A DNA stretch of 64,000 bases, from the NCBI RefSeq assembly GCF_009914755.1, contig NC_060945.1, one strand, 5' to 3'. This document shows positions 1 to 11,500 of this stretch, piece by piece. The notes beneath the pieces were generated by a model. The model had not been told where the DNA came from. It was given only the letters and a program-made list of their open reading frames with translations, and searched no databases. This DNA comes from the human T2T-CHM13v2.0 reference genome, Homo sapiens. A program made the position numbers and the translations under genes. Each line of letters begins with the position of its first letter. Position 1 is the first letter of the stretch.

Positions 1-50
1 ACATCAGAAAGAAATTTCTGAGAATGCTGCTGTCTACCTTTCATTTGAAT

Positions 51-67
51 TCCCGCTTCCAACGAAA
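51..67 (-). promoter_or_regulatory. CENP-B box 1 of the HOR (recurs in each unit)
   Basis: Plus-strand TCCCGCTTCCAACGAAA is the reverse complement of TTTCGTTGGAAGCGGGA, matching the canonical YTTCGTTGGAARCGGGA. Confidence 0.95.
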
Positions 68-392
68 TCCTCCAAGCTATCCAAATATCCACCTGCATTT
101 TCCACAACAAGAGTGTTTCAAAACTGCTCTATCAATAGAAATGTTCAACTCCTTTGGCTGGGTACACACATCACAAACAAGTTTCTGAGAATGCTTCTGT
201 CTAGTTTTTATGGGAAGACGTTCCCTTTTTCACCAAAGGCATCAAAGCGCTCCAAATGTCCACTTCCAGACACTACAAAAAGAGTGTTTCCAACGTGCTC
301 TAAGAAAGCGAATGTTCAACTCTGTGACTTGAATGCAGATATCACAAAGTAGTTTCTGAGAGGGCTTCTGTCTAGATTTTAGATGATGATAT

Positions 393-409
393 TCCCGTTT
401 CCAACGAAA
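393..409 (-). promoter_or_regulatory. CENP-B box 2
   Basis: TCCCGTTTCCAACGAAA, reverse complement TTTCGTTGGAAACGGGA; canonical. Confidence 0.95.
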
Positions 410-730
410 TCATTAGAGCTATCCAAATATCCACTTACAGTTTCTACAAAAAGAGTGTTTCCAAACTGCTGCATCAAAAGAGAGGTTCCACTCTGTTAGC
501 TGAGTACACACATCACAAACTTGTTTCTCAGAATCCTTCTGTCTCGTTTTTATGGGAAGATATTTACTTTTTCACCGTAGGCATCAAAGCGCTCCAAATG
601 TCCACATCCAGATACTCCAGAAAGAGTGTTTCAAACCTGCTCTATGAAAGGGAATGTTCAACTCTATGAGTTGAATGCAGACATCAGAAAGAAATTTCTG
701 AGAATGCTGCTGTCTACCTTTTATTTGAAT

Positions 731-747
731 TCCCGCTTCCAACGAAA
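731..747 (-). promoter_or_regulatory. CENP-B box 3
   Basis: TCCCGCTTCCAACGAAA; canonical. Confidence 0.95.
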
Positions 748-1070
748 TCCTCCAAGCTATCCAAATATCCACTTGCAGATTCCACAAAAAGAGTGTTTCA
801 AAACTGCTCTCTATCAATGGCAAAGTTCAACTCTGTTAGTTGAGGACACATATCACCAACAAGTTTCTGAGAATGCTTCTGTCTATTTTTTAAGGGAAGA
901 TATTCCCTTTTTCACCGTAGGCGTCAAGGCGATCGAAATGTCCACTTTCACAAACTACAAAAAGAGTGTTTCAAACCTGCTCTATGAAAGGCCATGTTCA
1001 TCTCTATGAGTTGAATGGATATATCCGAAAGAAATTTCTGGGAATGCTGCTGTCTAGTGTTTATACGAAT

Positions 1071-1087
1071 TCCCGATTCCAACGAAA
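1071..1087 (-). promoter_or_regulatory. CENP-B box 4 (non-core substitution in this copy)
   Basis: TCCCGATTCCAACGAAA keeps all nine core bases of NTTCGNNNNANNCGGGN. Most other units are canonical here (e.g. 2941-2957). Confidence 0.9.
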
Positions 1088-1411
1088 TCCTCAAAGCAAT
1101 CCAAATATCCACTTGCAGAATCCACAAAAAGAGTGTTTCAAAACTGCTCTATCAATAGAAATGTTCAACTCTTTTAGTTGAGTACACACATCACGAACAA
1201 GTTTCTGAGAATGCTTCTGTCTGGCTTTTATTGGAAGACGTTTCCTTTTCACCAAAGGCATCAAAGCGCTCCATATGTCCACTTCCAGATTCTTCCAAAA
1301 GACTGTTTCAAACGTGCTCAAAGTAAGGGAATGTTCAACTCTGTGACTTGAATGCAGATATCACCAAGTAGTTTCTAATAGTGCTTCTGTCTAGATTTTA
1401 GATGATGATAT

Positions 1412-1428
1412 TCCCGTTTCCAACGAAA
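1412..1428 (-). promoter_or_regulatory. CENP-B box 5
   Basis: TCCCGTTTCCAACGAAA; canonical. Confidence 0.95.
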
Positions 1429-1582
1429 TCGTTAGAGCTATCCAAATATCCAGTTACAGTTTCTACCAAAAGGGTGTTTCCAAATTGCTGCATCAAAAGA
1501 AAGGTTCAACTCTGTTAGTTGAGGACACACATCACAAAGAAGTTTGTGAGAATGCTTCTGTCTAGATTTTGTATGACGATAT

Positions 1583-1599
1583 TCCCTTTTCCAACGATA
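1583..1599 (-). other. Degenerate CENP-B box-like site, predicted non-binding, in the odd monomer
   Basis: TCCCTTTTCCAACGATA has two core positions changed and lies 171 bp after box 5. Confidence 0.8.
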
Positions 1600-2773
1600 T
1601 CGTTAAAGCAATCTAAATATCAATTTGCAGAATCCACAAAAATAGAGTTTCAAAGCTGCTCTGTAAAAAGAAAGGTTCCACTCTGTTAGCTGAGTACACA
1701 CATCACAAACTTGTTTCTGAGAATCCTTCTGTCTCGTTTTTATGGGAAGATATTTACTTTTCCACCGTAGGCATCAAAGCGCTCCAAATGTCCACATCCA
1801 GATACTCCAGAAAGAGTGTTTCAAACCTGCTCTATGAAAGGGAATCTTCAACTCTATGAGTTGAATGCAGACATCAGAAAGAAATTTCTGAGAATGCTGC
1901 TGTCTACCTTTTATTTGAATTCCCGCTTCCAACGAAATCCTCCAAGCTATCCAAATATCCACCTGCATTTTCCACAAAAAGAGTGTTTCAAAACTGCTCT
2001 ATCAATAGAAATGTTCAACTCCTTTGGCTGGGTACACACATCACAAACAAGTTTCTGAGAATGCTTCTGTCTAGTTTTTATGGGAAGACGTTCCCTTTTT
2101 CACCAAAGGCATCAAAGCGCTCCAAATGTCCACTTCCAGACACTACAAAAAGAGTGTTTCAAACGTGCTCTAAGAAAGCGAATGTTCAACTCTGTGACTT
2201 GAATGCAGATATCACAAAGTAGTTTCTGAGAGGGCTTCTGTCTAGATTTTAGATGATGATATTCCCGTTTCCAACGAAATCATTAGAGCTATCCAAATAT
2301 CCACTTACAGTTTCTACAAAAAGAGTGTTTCCAAACTGCTGCATCAAAAGAGAGGTTCCACTCTGTTAGCTGAGTACACACATCACAAACTTGTTTCTCA
2401 GAATCCGTCTGTCTCGTTTTTATGGGAAGATATTTACTTTTTCACCGTAGGCATCAAAGCGCTCCAAATGTCCACATCCAGATACTCCAGAAAGAGTGTT
2501 TCAAACCTGCTCTATGAAAGGGAATGTTCAACTCTATGAGTTGAATGCAGACATCAGAAAGAAATTTCTGAGAATGCTGCTGTCTACCTTTTATTTGAAT
2601 TCCCGCTTCCAACGAAATCCTCCAAGCTATCCAAATATCCACTTGCAGATTCCACAAAAAGAGTGTTTCAAAACTGCTCTCTATCAATGGCAAAGTTCAA
2701 CTCTGTTAGTTGAGGACACATATCACCAACAAGTTTCTGAGAATGCTTCTGTCTATTTTTTATGGGAAGATAT

Positions 2774-2790
2774 TTCCTTTTTCACCGTAG
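2774..2790 (+). promoter_or_regulatory. pJ-alpha box of an A-type monomer (representative copy)
   Basis: TTCCTTTTTCACCGTAG matches the pJ-alpha motif TTCCTTTTYCACCRTAG and sits at the position equivalent to the CENP-B box in the alternate monomers. Confidence 0.75.
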
Positions 2791-5700
2791 GCGTCAAGGC
2801 GATCGAAATGTCCACTTCCACAAACTACAAAAAGAGTGTTTCAAACCTGCTCTATGAAAGGCCATGTTCATCTCTATGAGTTGAATGGAAATATCCGAAA
2901 GAAATTTCTGGGAATGCTGCTGTCTAGTTTTTATATGAATTCCCGCTTCCAACGAAATCCTCAAAGCAATCCAAATATCCACTTGCAGAATCCACAAAAA
3001 GAGTGTTTCAAAACTGCTCTATCAATAGAAAGGTTCAACTCTTTTAGTTGAGTACACACATCACAAACAAGTTTCTGAGAATGCTTCTGTCTGGCTTTTA
3101 TTGGAAGACGTTTCCTTTTCACCAAAGGCATCAAAGCGCTCCAAATGTCCACTTCCAGATTCTTCCAAAAGAGTGTTTCAAACGTGCTCAAAGTAAGGGA
3201 ATGTTCAACTCTGTGACTTGAATGCAGATATCACCAAGTAGCTTCTAATAGTGCTTCTGTCTAGATTTTAGATGATGATATTCCCGTTTCCAACGAAATC
3301 GTTAGAGCTATCCAAATATCCAGTTACAGTTTCTACCAAAAGGGTGTTTCCAAATTGCTGCATCAAAAGAAAGGTTCAACTCTGTTAGTTGAGGACACAC
3401 ATCACAAAGAAGTTTGTGAGAATGCTTCTGTCTAGATTTTGTATGACGATATTCCCTTTTCCAACGATATCGTTAAAGCAATCTAAATATCAATTTGCAG
3501 AATCCACAAAAATAGAGTTTCAAAGCTGCTCTGTAAAAAGAAAGGTTCCACTCTGTTAGCTGAGTACACACATCACAAACTTGTTTCTGAGAATCCTTCT
3601 GTCTCGTTTTTATGGGAAGATATTTACTTTTCCACCGTAGGCATCAAAGCGCTCCAAATGTCCACATCCAGATACTCCAGAACGAGTGTTTCAAACCTGC
3701 TCTATGAAAGGGAATCTTCAACTCTATGAGTTGAATGCAGACATCAGAAAGAAATTTCTGAGAATGCTGCTGTCTACCTTTTATTTGAATTCCCGCTTCC
3801 AACGAAATCCTCCAAGCTATCCAAATATCCACCTGCATTTTCCACAAAAAGAGTGTTTCAAAACTGCTCTATCAATAGAAATGTTCAACTCCTTTGGCTG
3901 GGTACACACATCACAAACAAGTTTCTGAGAATGCTTCTGTCTAGTTTTTATGGGAAGACGTTCCCTTTTTCACCAAAGGCATCAAAGCGCTCCAAATGTC
4001 CACTTCCAGACACTACAAAAAGAGTGTTTCAAACGTGCTCTAAGAAAGCGAATGTTCAACTCGGTGACTTGAATGCAGATATCACAAAGTAGTTTCTGAG
4101 AGGGCTTCTGTCTAGATTTTAGATGATGATATTCCCGTTTCCAACGAAATCATTAGAGCTATCCAAATATCCACTTACAGTTTCTACAAAAAGAGTGTTT
4201 CCAAACTGCTGCATCAAAAGAGAGGTTCCACTCTGTTAGCTGAGTACACACATCACAAACTTGTTTCTCAGATTCCTTCTGTCTCGTTTTTATGGGAAGA
4301 TATTTACTTTTTCACCGTAGGCATCAAAGCGCTCCAAATGTCCACATCCAGAAACTCCAGAAAGAGTGTTTCAAACCTGCTCTATGAAAGGGAATGTTCA
4401 ACTCTATGAGTTGAATGCAGACATCAGAAAGAAATTTCTGAGAATGCTGCTGTCTACCTTTTATTTGAATTCCCACTTCCAACGAAATCCTCCAAGCTAT
4501 CCAAATATCCACTTGCAGATTCCACAAAAAGAGTGTTTCAAAACTGCTCTCTATCAATGGCAAAGTTCAACTCTGTTAGTTGAGGACACATATCACCAAC
4601 AAGTTTCTGAGAATGCTTCTGTCTATTTTTTATGGGAAGATATTTCCTTTTTCAGCGTAGGCGTCAAGGCGATCAAAATGTCCACTTCCACAAACTACCA
4701 AAAGAGTGTTTCAAACCTGCTCTATGAAAGGCCATGTTCATCTCTATGAGTTGAATGGAAATATCCGAAAGAAATTTCTGGGAATGCTGCTGTCTAGTTT
4801 TTATATGAATTCCCGCTTCCACCGAAATCCTCAAAGCAATCCAAATATCCACTTGCAGAATCCACAAAAAGAGTGTTTCAAAACTGCGCTATCAATAGAA
4901 AGGTTCAACTCTTTTAGTTGAGTACACACATCACAAACAAGTTTCTGAGAATGCTTCTGTCTGGCTTTTATTGGAAGACGTTTCCTTTTCACCAAAGGCA
5001 TCAAAGCGCTCCAAATGTCCACTTCCAGATTCTTCCAAAAGAGTGTTTCAAACGTGCTCAAAGTACGGGAATGTTCAACTCTGTGACTTGAATGCAGATA
5101 TCACCAAGTAGTTTCTAATAGTGCTTCTGTCTAGATTTTAGATGATGATATTCCCGTTTCCAACGAAATCGTTAGAGCTATCCAAATATCCAGTTACAGT
5201 TTCTACCAAAAGGGTGTTTCCAAATTGCTGCATCAAAAGAAAGGTTCAACTCTGTTAGTTGAGGACACACATCACAAAGAAGTTTGTGAGAATGCTTCTG
5301 TCTAGATTTTGTATGACGATATTCCCTTTTCCAACGATATCGTTAAAGCAATCTAAATATCAATTTGCAGAATCCACAAAAATAGAGTTTCAAAGCTGCT
5401 CTGTAAAAAGAAAGGTTCCACTCTGTTAGCTGAGTACACACATCACAAACTTGTTTCTGAGAATCCTTCTGTCTCGTTTTTATGGGAAGATATTTACTTT
5501 TCCACCGTAGGCATCAAAGCGCTCCAAATGTCCACATCCAGATACTCCAGAAGGAGTGTTTCAAACCTGCTCTATGAAAGGGAATCTTCAACTCTATGAG
5601 TTGAATGCAGACATCAGAAAGAAATTTCTGAGAATGCTGCTGTCTACCTTTTATTTGAATTCCCGCTTCCAACGAAATCCTCCAAGCTATCCAAATATCC

Positions 5701-8539
5701 ACTTGCATTTTCCACAACAAGAGTGTTTCAAAACTGCTCTATCAATAGAAATGTTCAACTCCTTTGGCTGGGTACACACATCACAAACAAGTTTCTGAGA
5801 ATGCTTCTGTCTAGTTTTTATGGGAAGACATTCCCTTTTTCACCAAAGGCATCAAAGCGCTCCAAATGTCCACTTCCAGACACTACAAAAAGAGTGTTTC
5901 AAACGTGCTCTAAGAAAGCGAATGTTCAACTCTGTGACTTGAATGCAGATATCACAAAGTAGTTTCTGAGAGTGCTTCTGTCTAGATTTTAGATGATGAT
6001 ATTCCCGTTTCCAACGAAATCATTAGAGCTATCCAAATATCCACTTACAGTTTCTACAAAAAGAGTGTTTCCAAACTGCTGCATCAAAAGAGAGGTTCCA
6101 CTCTGTTAGCTGAGTACACACATCACAAACTTGTTTCTCAGAATCCTTCTGTCTCGTTTTTATGGGAAGATATTTACTTTTTCACCGTAGGCATCAAAGC
6201 GCTCCAAATGTCCACATCCAGATACTCCAGAAAGAGTGTTTCAAACCTGCTCTATGAAAGGGAATCTTCAACTCTATGAGTTGAATGCAGACATCAGAAA
6301 GAAATTTCTGAGAATGCTGCTGTCTACCTTTTATTTGAATTCCCGCTTCCAACGAAATCCTCCAAGCTATCCAAATATCCACTTGCAGATTCCACAAAAA
6401 GAGTGTTTCAAAACTGCTCTCTATCAATGGCAAAGTTCAACTCTGTTAGTTGAGGACACATATCACCAACAAGTTTCTGAGAATGCTTCTGTCTATTTTT
6501 TATGGGAAGATATTTCCTTTTTCACCGTAGGCGTCAAGGCGATCGAAATGTCCACTTCCACAAACTACAAAAAGCGTGTTTCAAACCTGCTCTATGAAAG
6601 GCCATGTTCATCTCTATGAGTTGAATGGAAATATCCGAAAGAAATTTCTGGGAATGCTGCTGTCTAGTGTTTATACGAATTCCCGCTTCCAACGAAATCC
6701 TCAAAGCAATCCAAATATCCACTTGCAGAATCCACAAAAAGAGTGTTTCAAAACTGCTCTATCAATAGAAAGGTTCAACTCTTTTAGTTGAGTACACACA
6801 TCACGAACAAGTTTCTGAGAATGCTTCTGTCTGGCTTTTATTGGAAGACGTTTCCTTTTCACCAAAGGCATCAAAGCGCTCCAAATGTCCACTTCCAGAT
6901 TCTTCCAAAAGAGTGTTTCAAACGTGCTCAAAGTAAGGGAATGTTCAACTCTGTGACTTGAATGCAGATATCACCAAGTAGTTTCTAATAGTGCTTCTGT
7001 CTAGATTTTAGATGATGATATTCCCGTTTCCAACGAAATCGCTAGAGCTATCCAAATATCCAGTTACAGTTTCTACTAAAAGGGTGTTTCCAAATTGCTG
7101 CATCAAAAGAAAGGTTCAACTCTGTTAGTTGAGGACACACATCACAAAGAAGTTTGTGAGAATGCTTCTGTCTAGATTTTGTATGACGATATTCCCTTTT
7201 CCAACGATATCGTTAAAGCAATCTAAATATCAATTTGCAGAATCCACAAAAATAGAGTTTCAAAGCTGCTCTGTAAAAAGAAAGGTTCCACTCTGTTAGC
7301 TGAGTACACACATCACAAACTTGTTTCTGAGAATCCTTCTGTCTCGTTCTTATGGGAAGATATATACTTTTCCACCGAAGGCATCAAAGCGCTCCAAATG
7401 TCCACATCCAGATACTCCAGAACGAGTGTTTCAAACCTGCTCTATGAAAGGGAATCTTCAACTCTATGAGTTGAATGCAGACATCAGAAAGAAATTTCTG
7501 AGAATGCTGCTGTCTACCTTTTATTTGAATTCCCGCTTCCAACGAAATCCTCCAAGCTATCCAAATATCCACCTGCATTTTCCACAACAAGAGTGTTTCA
7601 AAACTGCTCTATCAATAGAAATGTTCAACTCCTTTGGCTGGGTACACACATCACAAACAAGTTTCTGAGAATGCTTCTGTCTAGTTTTTATGGGAAGACG
7701 TTCCCTTTTTCACCAAAGGCATCAAAGCGCTCCAAATGTCCACTTCCAGACACTACAAAAAGAGTGTTTCCAACGTGCTCTAAGAAAGCGAATGTTCAAC
7801 TCTGTGACTTGAATGCAGATATCACAAAGTAGTTTCTGAGAGGGCTTCTGTCTAGATTTTAGATGATGATATTCCCGTTTCCAACGAAATCATTAGAGCT
7901 ATCCAAATATCCACTTACAGTTTCTACAAAAAGAGTGTTTCCAAACTGCTGCATCAAAAGAGAGGTTCCACTCTGTTAGCTGAGTACACACATCACAAAC
8001 TTGTTTCTCAGAATCCTTCTGTCTCGTTTTTATGGGAAGATATTTACTTTTTCACCGTAGGCATCAAAGCGCTCCAAATGTCCACATCCAGATACTCCAG
8101 AAAGAGTGTTTCAAACCTGCTCTATGAAAGGGAATCTTCAACTCTATGAGTTGAATGCAGACATCAGAAAGAAATTTCTGAGAATGCTGCTGTCTACCTT
8201 TTATTTGAATTCCCGCTTCCAACGAAATCCTCCAAGCTATCCAAATATCCACTTGCAGATTCCACAAAAAGAGTGTTTCAAAACTGCTCTCTATCAATGG
8301 CAAAGTTCAACTCTGTTAGTTGAGGACACATATCACCAACAAGTTTCTGAGAATGCTTCTGTCTATTTTTTATGGGAAGATATTTCCTTTTTCACCGTAG
8401 GCGTCAAGGCGATCGAAATGTCCACTTCCACAAACTACAAAAAGAGTGTTTCAAACCTGCTCTATGAAAGGCCATGTTCATCTCTATGAGTTGAATGGAT
8501 ATATCCGAAAGAAATTTCTGGGAATGCTGCTGTCTAGTT

Positions 8540-11500
8540 TTTATACGAATTCCCGCTTCCAACGAAATCCTCAAAGCAATCCAAATATCCACTTGCAGAA
8601 TCCACAAAAAGAGTGTTTCAAAACTGCTCTATCAATAGAAAGGTTCAACTCTTTTAGTTGAGTACACACATCACGAACAAGTTTCTGAGAATGCTTCTGT
8701 CTGGCTTTTATTGGAAGACGTTTCCTTTTCACCAAAGGCATCAAAGCGCTCCAAATGTCCACTTCCAGATTCTTCCAAAAGAGTGTTTCAAACGTGCTCA
8801 AAGTAAGGGAATGTTCAACTCTGTGACTTGAATGCAGATATCACCAAGTAGTTTCTAATAGTGCTTCTGTCTACATTTTAGATGATGATATTCCCGTTTC
8901 CAACGAAATCGTTAGAGCTATCCAAATATCCAGTTACAGTTTCTACCAAAAGGGTGTTTCCAAATTGCTGCATCAAAAGAAAGGTTCAACTCTGTTAGTT
9001 GAGGACACACATCACAAAGAAGTTTGTGAGAATGCTTCTGTCTAGATTTTGTATGACGATATTCCCTTTTCCAACGATATCGTTAAAGCAATCTAAATAT
9101 CAATTTGCAGAATCCACAAAAATAGAGTTTCAAAGCTGCTCTGTAAAAAGAAAGGTTCCACTCTGTTAGCTGAGTACACACATCACAAACTTGTTTCTGA
9201 GAATCCTTCTGTCTCGTTTTTATGGGAAGATATTTACTTTTCCACCGTAGGCATCAAAGCGCTCCAAATGTCCACATCCAGATACTCCAGAAAGAGTGTT
9301 TCAAACCTGCTCTATGAAAGGGAATCTTCAACTCTATGAGTTGAATGCAGACATCAGAAAGAAATTTCTGAGAATGCTGCTGTCTACCTTTTATTTGAAT
9401 TCCCGCTTCCAACGAAATCCTCCAAGCTATCCAAATATCCACTTGCATTTTCCACAAAAAGAGTGTTTCAAAACTGCTCTATCAATAGAAATGTTCAACT
9501 CCTTTGGCTGGGTACACACATCACAAACAAGTTTCTGAGAATGCTTCTGTCTAGTTTTTATGGGAAGACGTTCCCTTTTTCACCAAAGGCATCAAAGCGC
9601 TCCAAATGTCCACTTCCAGACACTACAAAAAGAGTGTTTCCAACGTGCTCTAAGAAAGCGAATGTTCAACTCTGTGACTTGAATGCAGATATCACAAAGT
9701 AGTTTCTGAGAGGGCTTCTGTCTAGATTTTAGATGATGATATTCCCGTTTCCAACGAAATCATTAGAGCTATCCAAATATCCACTTACAGTTTCTACAAA
9801 AAGAGTGTTTCCAAACTGCTGCATCAAAAGAGAGGTTCCACTCTGTTAGCTGAGTACACACATCACAAACTTGTTTCTCAGAATCCTTCTGTCTCGTTTT
9901 TATGGGAAGATATTTACTTTTCCACCGTAGGCATCAAAGCGCTCCAAATGTCCACATCCAGATACTCCAGAAAGAGTGTTTCAAACCTGCTCTATGAAAG
10001 GGAATGTTCAACTCTATGAGTTGAATGCAGACATCAGAAAGAAATTTCTGAGAATGCTGCTGTCTACCTTTTATTTGAATTCCCGCTTCCAACGAAATCC
10101 TCCAAGCTATCCAAATATCCACTTGCAGATTCCACAAAAAGAGTGTTTCAAAACTGCTCTCTATCAATGGCAAAGTTCAACTCTGTTAGTTGAGGACACA
10201 TATCACCAACAAGTTTCTGAGAATGCTTCTGTCTATTTTTTATGGGAAGATATTTCCTTTTTCACCGTAGGCGTCAAGGCGATCGAAATGTCCACTTCCA
10301 CAAACTACAAAAAGAGTGTTTCAAACCTGCTCTATGAAAGGCCATGTTCATCTCTATGAGTTGAATGGAAATATCCGAAAGAAATTTCTGGGAATGCTGC
10401 TGTCTAGTGTTTATACGAATTCCCGCTTCCAACGAAATCCTCAAAGCAATCCAAATATCCACTTGCAGAATCCACAAAAAGAGTGTTTCAAAACTGCTCT
10501 ATCAATAGAAAGGTTCAACTCTTTTAGTTGAGTACACACATCACGAACAAGTTTCTGAGAATGCTTCTGTCTGGCTTTTATTGGAAGACGTTTCCTTTTC
10601 ACCAAAGGCATCAAAGCGCTCCAAATGTCCACTTCCAGATTCTTCCAAAAGAGTGTTTCAAACGTGCTCAAAGTAAGGGAATGTTCAACTCTGTGACTTG
10701 AATGCAGATATCACCAAGTAGTTTCTAATAGTGCTTCTGTCTACATTTTAGATGATGATATTCCCGTTTCCAACGAAATCGTTAGAGCTATCCAAATATC
10801 CAGTTACAGTTTCTACCAAAAGGGTGTTTCCAAATTGCTGCATCAAAAGAAAGGTTCAACTCTGTTAGTTGAGGACACACATCACAAAGAAGTTTGTGAG
10901 AATGCTTCTGTCTAGATTTTGTATGACGATATTCCCTTTTCCAACGATATCGTTAAAGCAATCTAAATATCAATTTGCAGAATCCACAAAAATAGAGTTT
11001 CAAAGCTGCTCTGTAAAAAGAAAGGTTCCACTCTGTTAGCTGAGTACACACATCACAAACTTGTTTCTGAGAATCCTTCTGTCTCGTTTTTATGGGAAGA
11101 TATTTACTTTTCCACCGTAGGCATCAAAGCGCTCCAAATGTCCACATCCAGATACTCCAGAAAGAGTGTTTCAAACCTGCTCTATGAAAGGGAATCTTCA
11201 ACTCTATGAGTTGAATGCAGACATCAGAAAGAAATTTCTGAGAATGCTGCTGTCTACCTTTTATTTGAATTCCCGCTTCCAACGAAATCCTCCAAGCTAT
11301 CCAAATATCCACTTGCATTTTCCACAAAAAGAGTGTTTCAAAACTGCTCTATCAATAGAAATGTTCAACTCCTTTGGCTGGGTACACACATCACAAACAA
11401 GTTTCTGAGAATGCTTCTGTCTAGTTTTTATGGGAAGACGTTCCCTTTTTCACCAAAGGCATCAAAGCGCTCCAAATGTCCACTTCCAGACACTACAAAA

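Larger units (their letters stand above)
1..1870 (-). repeat. One HOR unit (arbitrary phase), haplotype A
   Basis: ACATCAGAAAGAAATTTC at position 1 recurs in the same context at 1871. Variants at 42, 893, 905, 948, 1076, 1162, 1274 and 1303 recur together at +26180 and +31787. Confidence 0.93.

Noticed and set aside
1-1870. Assignment to D1Z7 or another 11-mer (e.g. D1Z5), or specifically to chr13 versus chr21
   Set aside because: The dimeric box pattern and 680/340/850 EcoRI map favour D13Z1/D21Z1. Those two arrays are nearly identical, so separating them needs alignment to references or chromosome-specific k-mers, which I cannot run.
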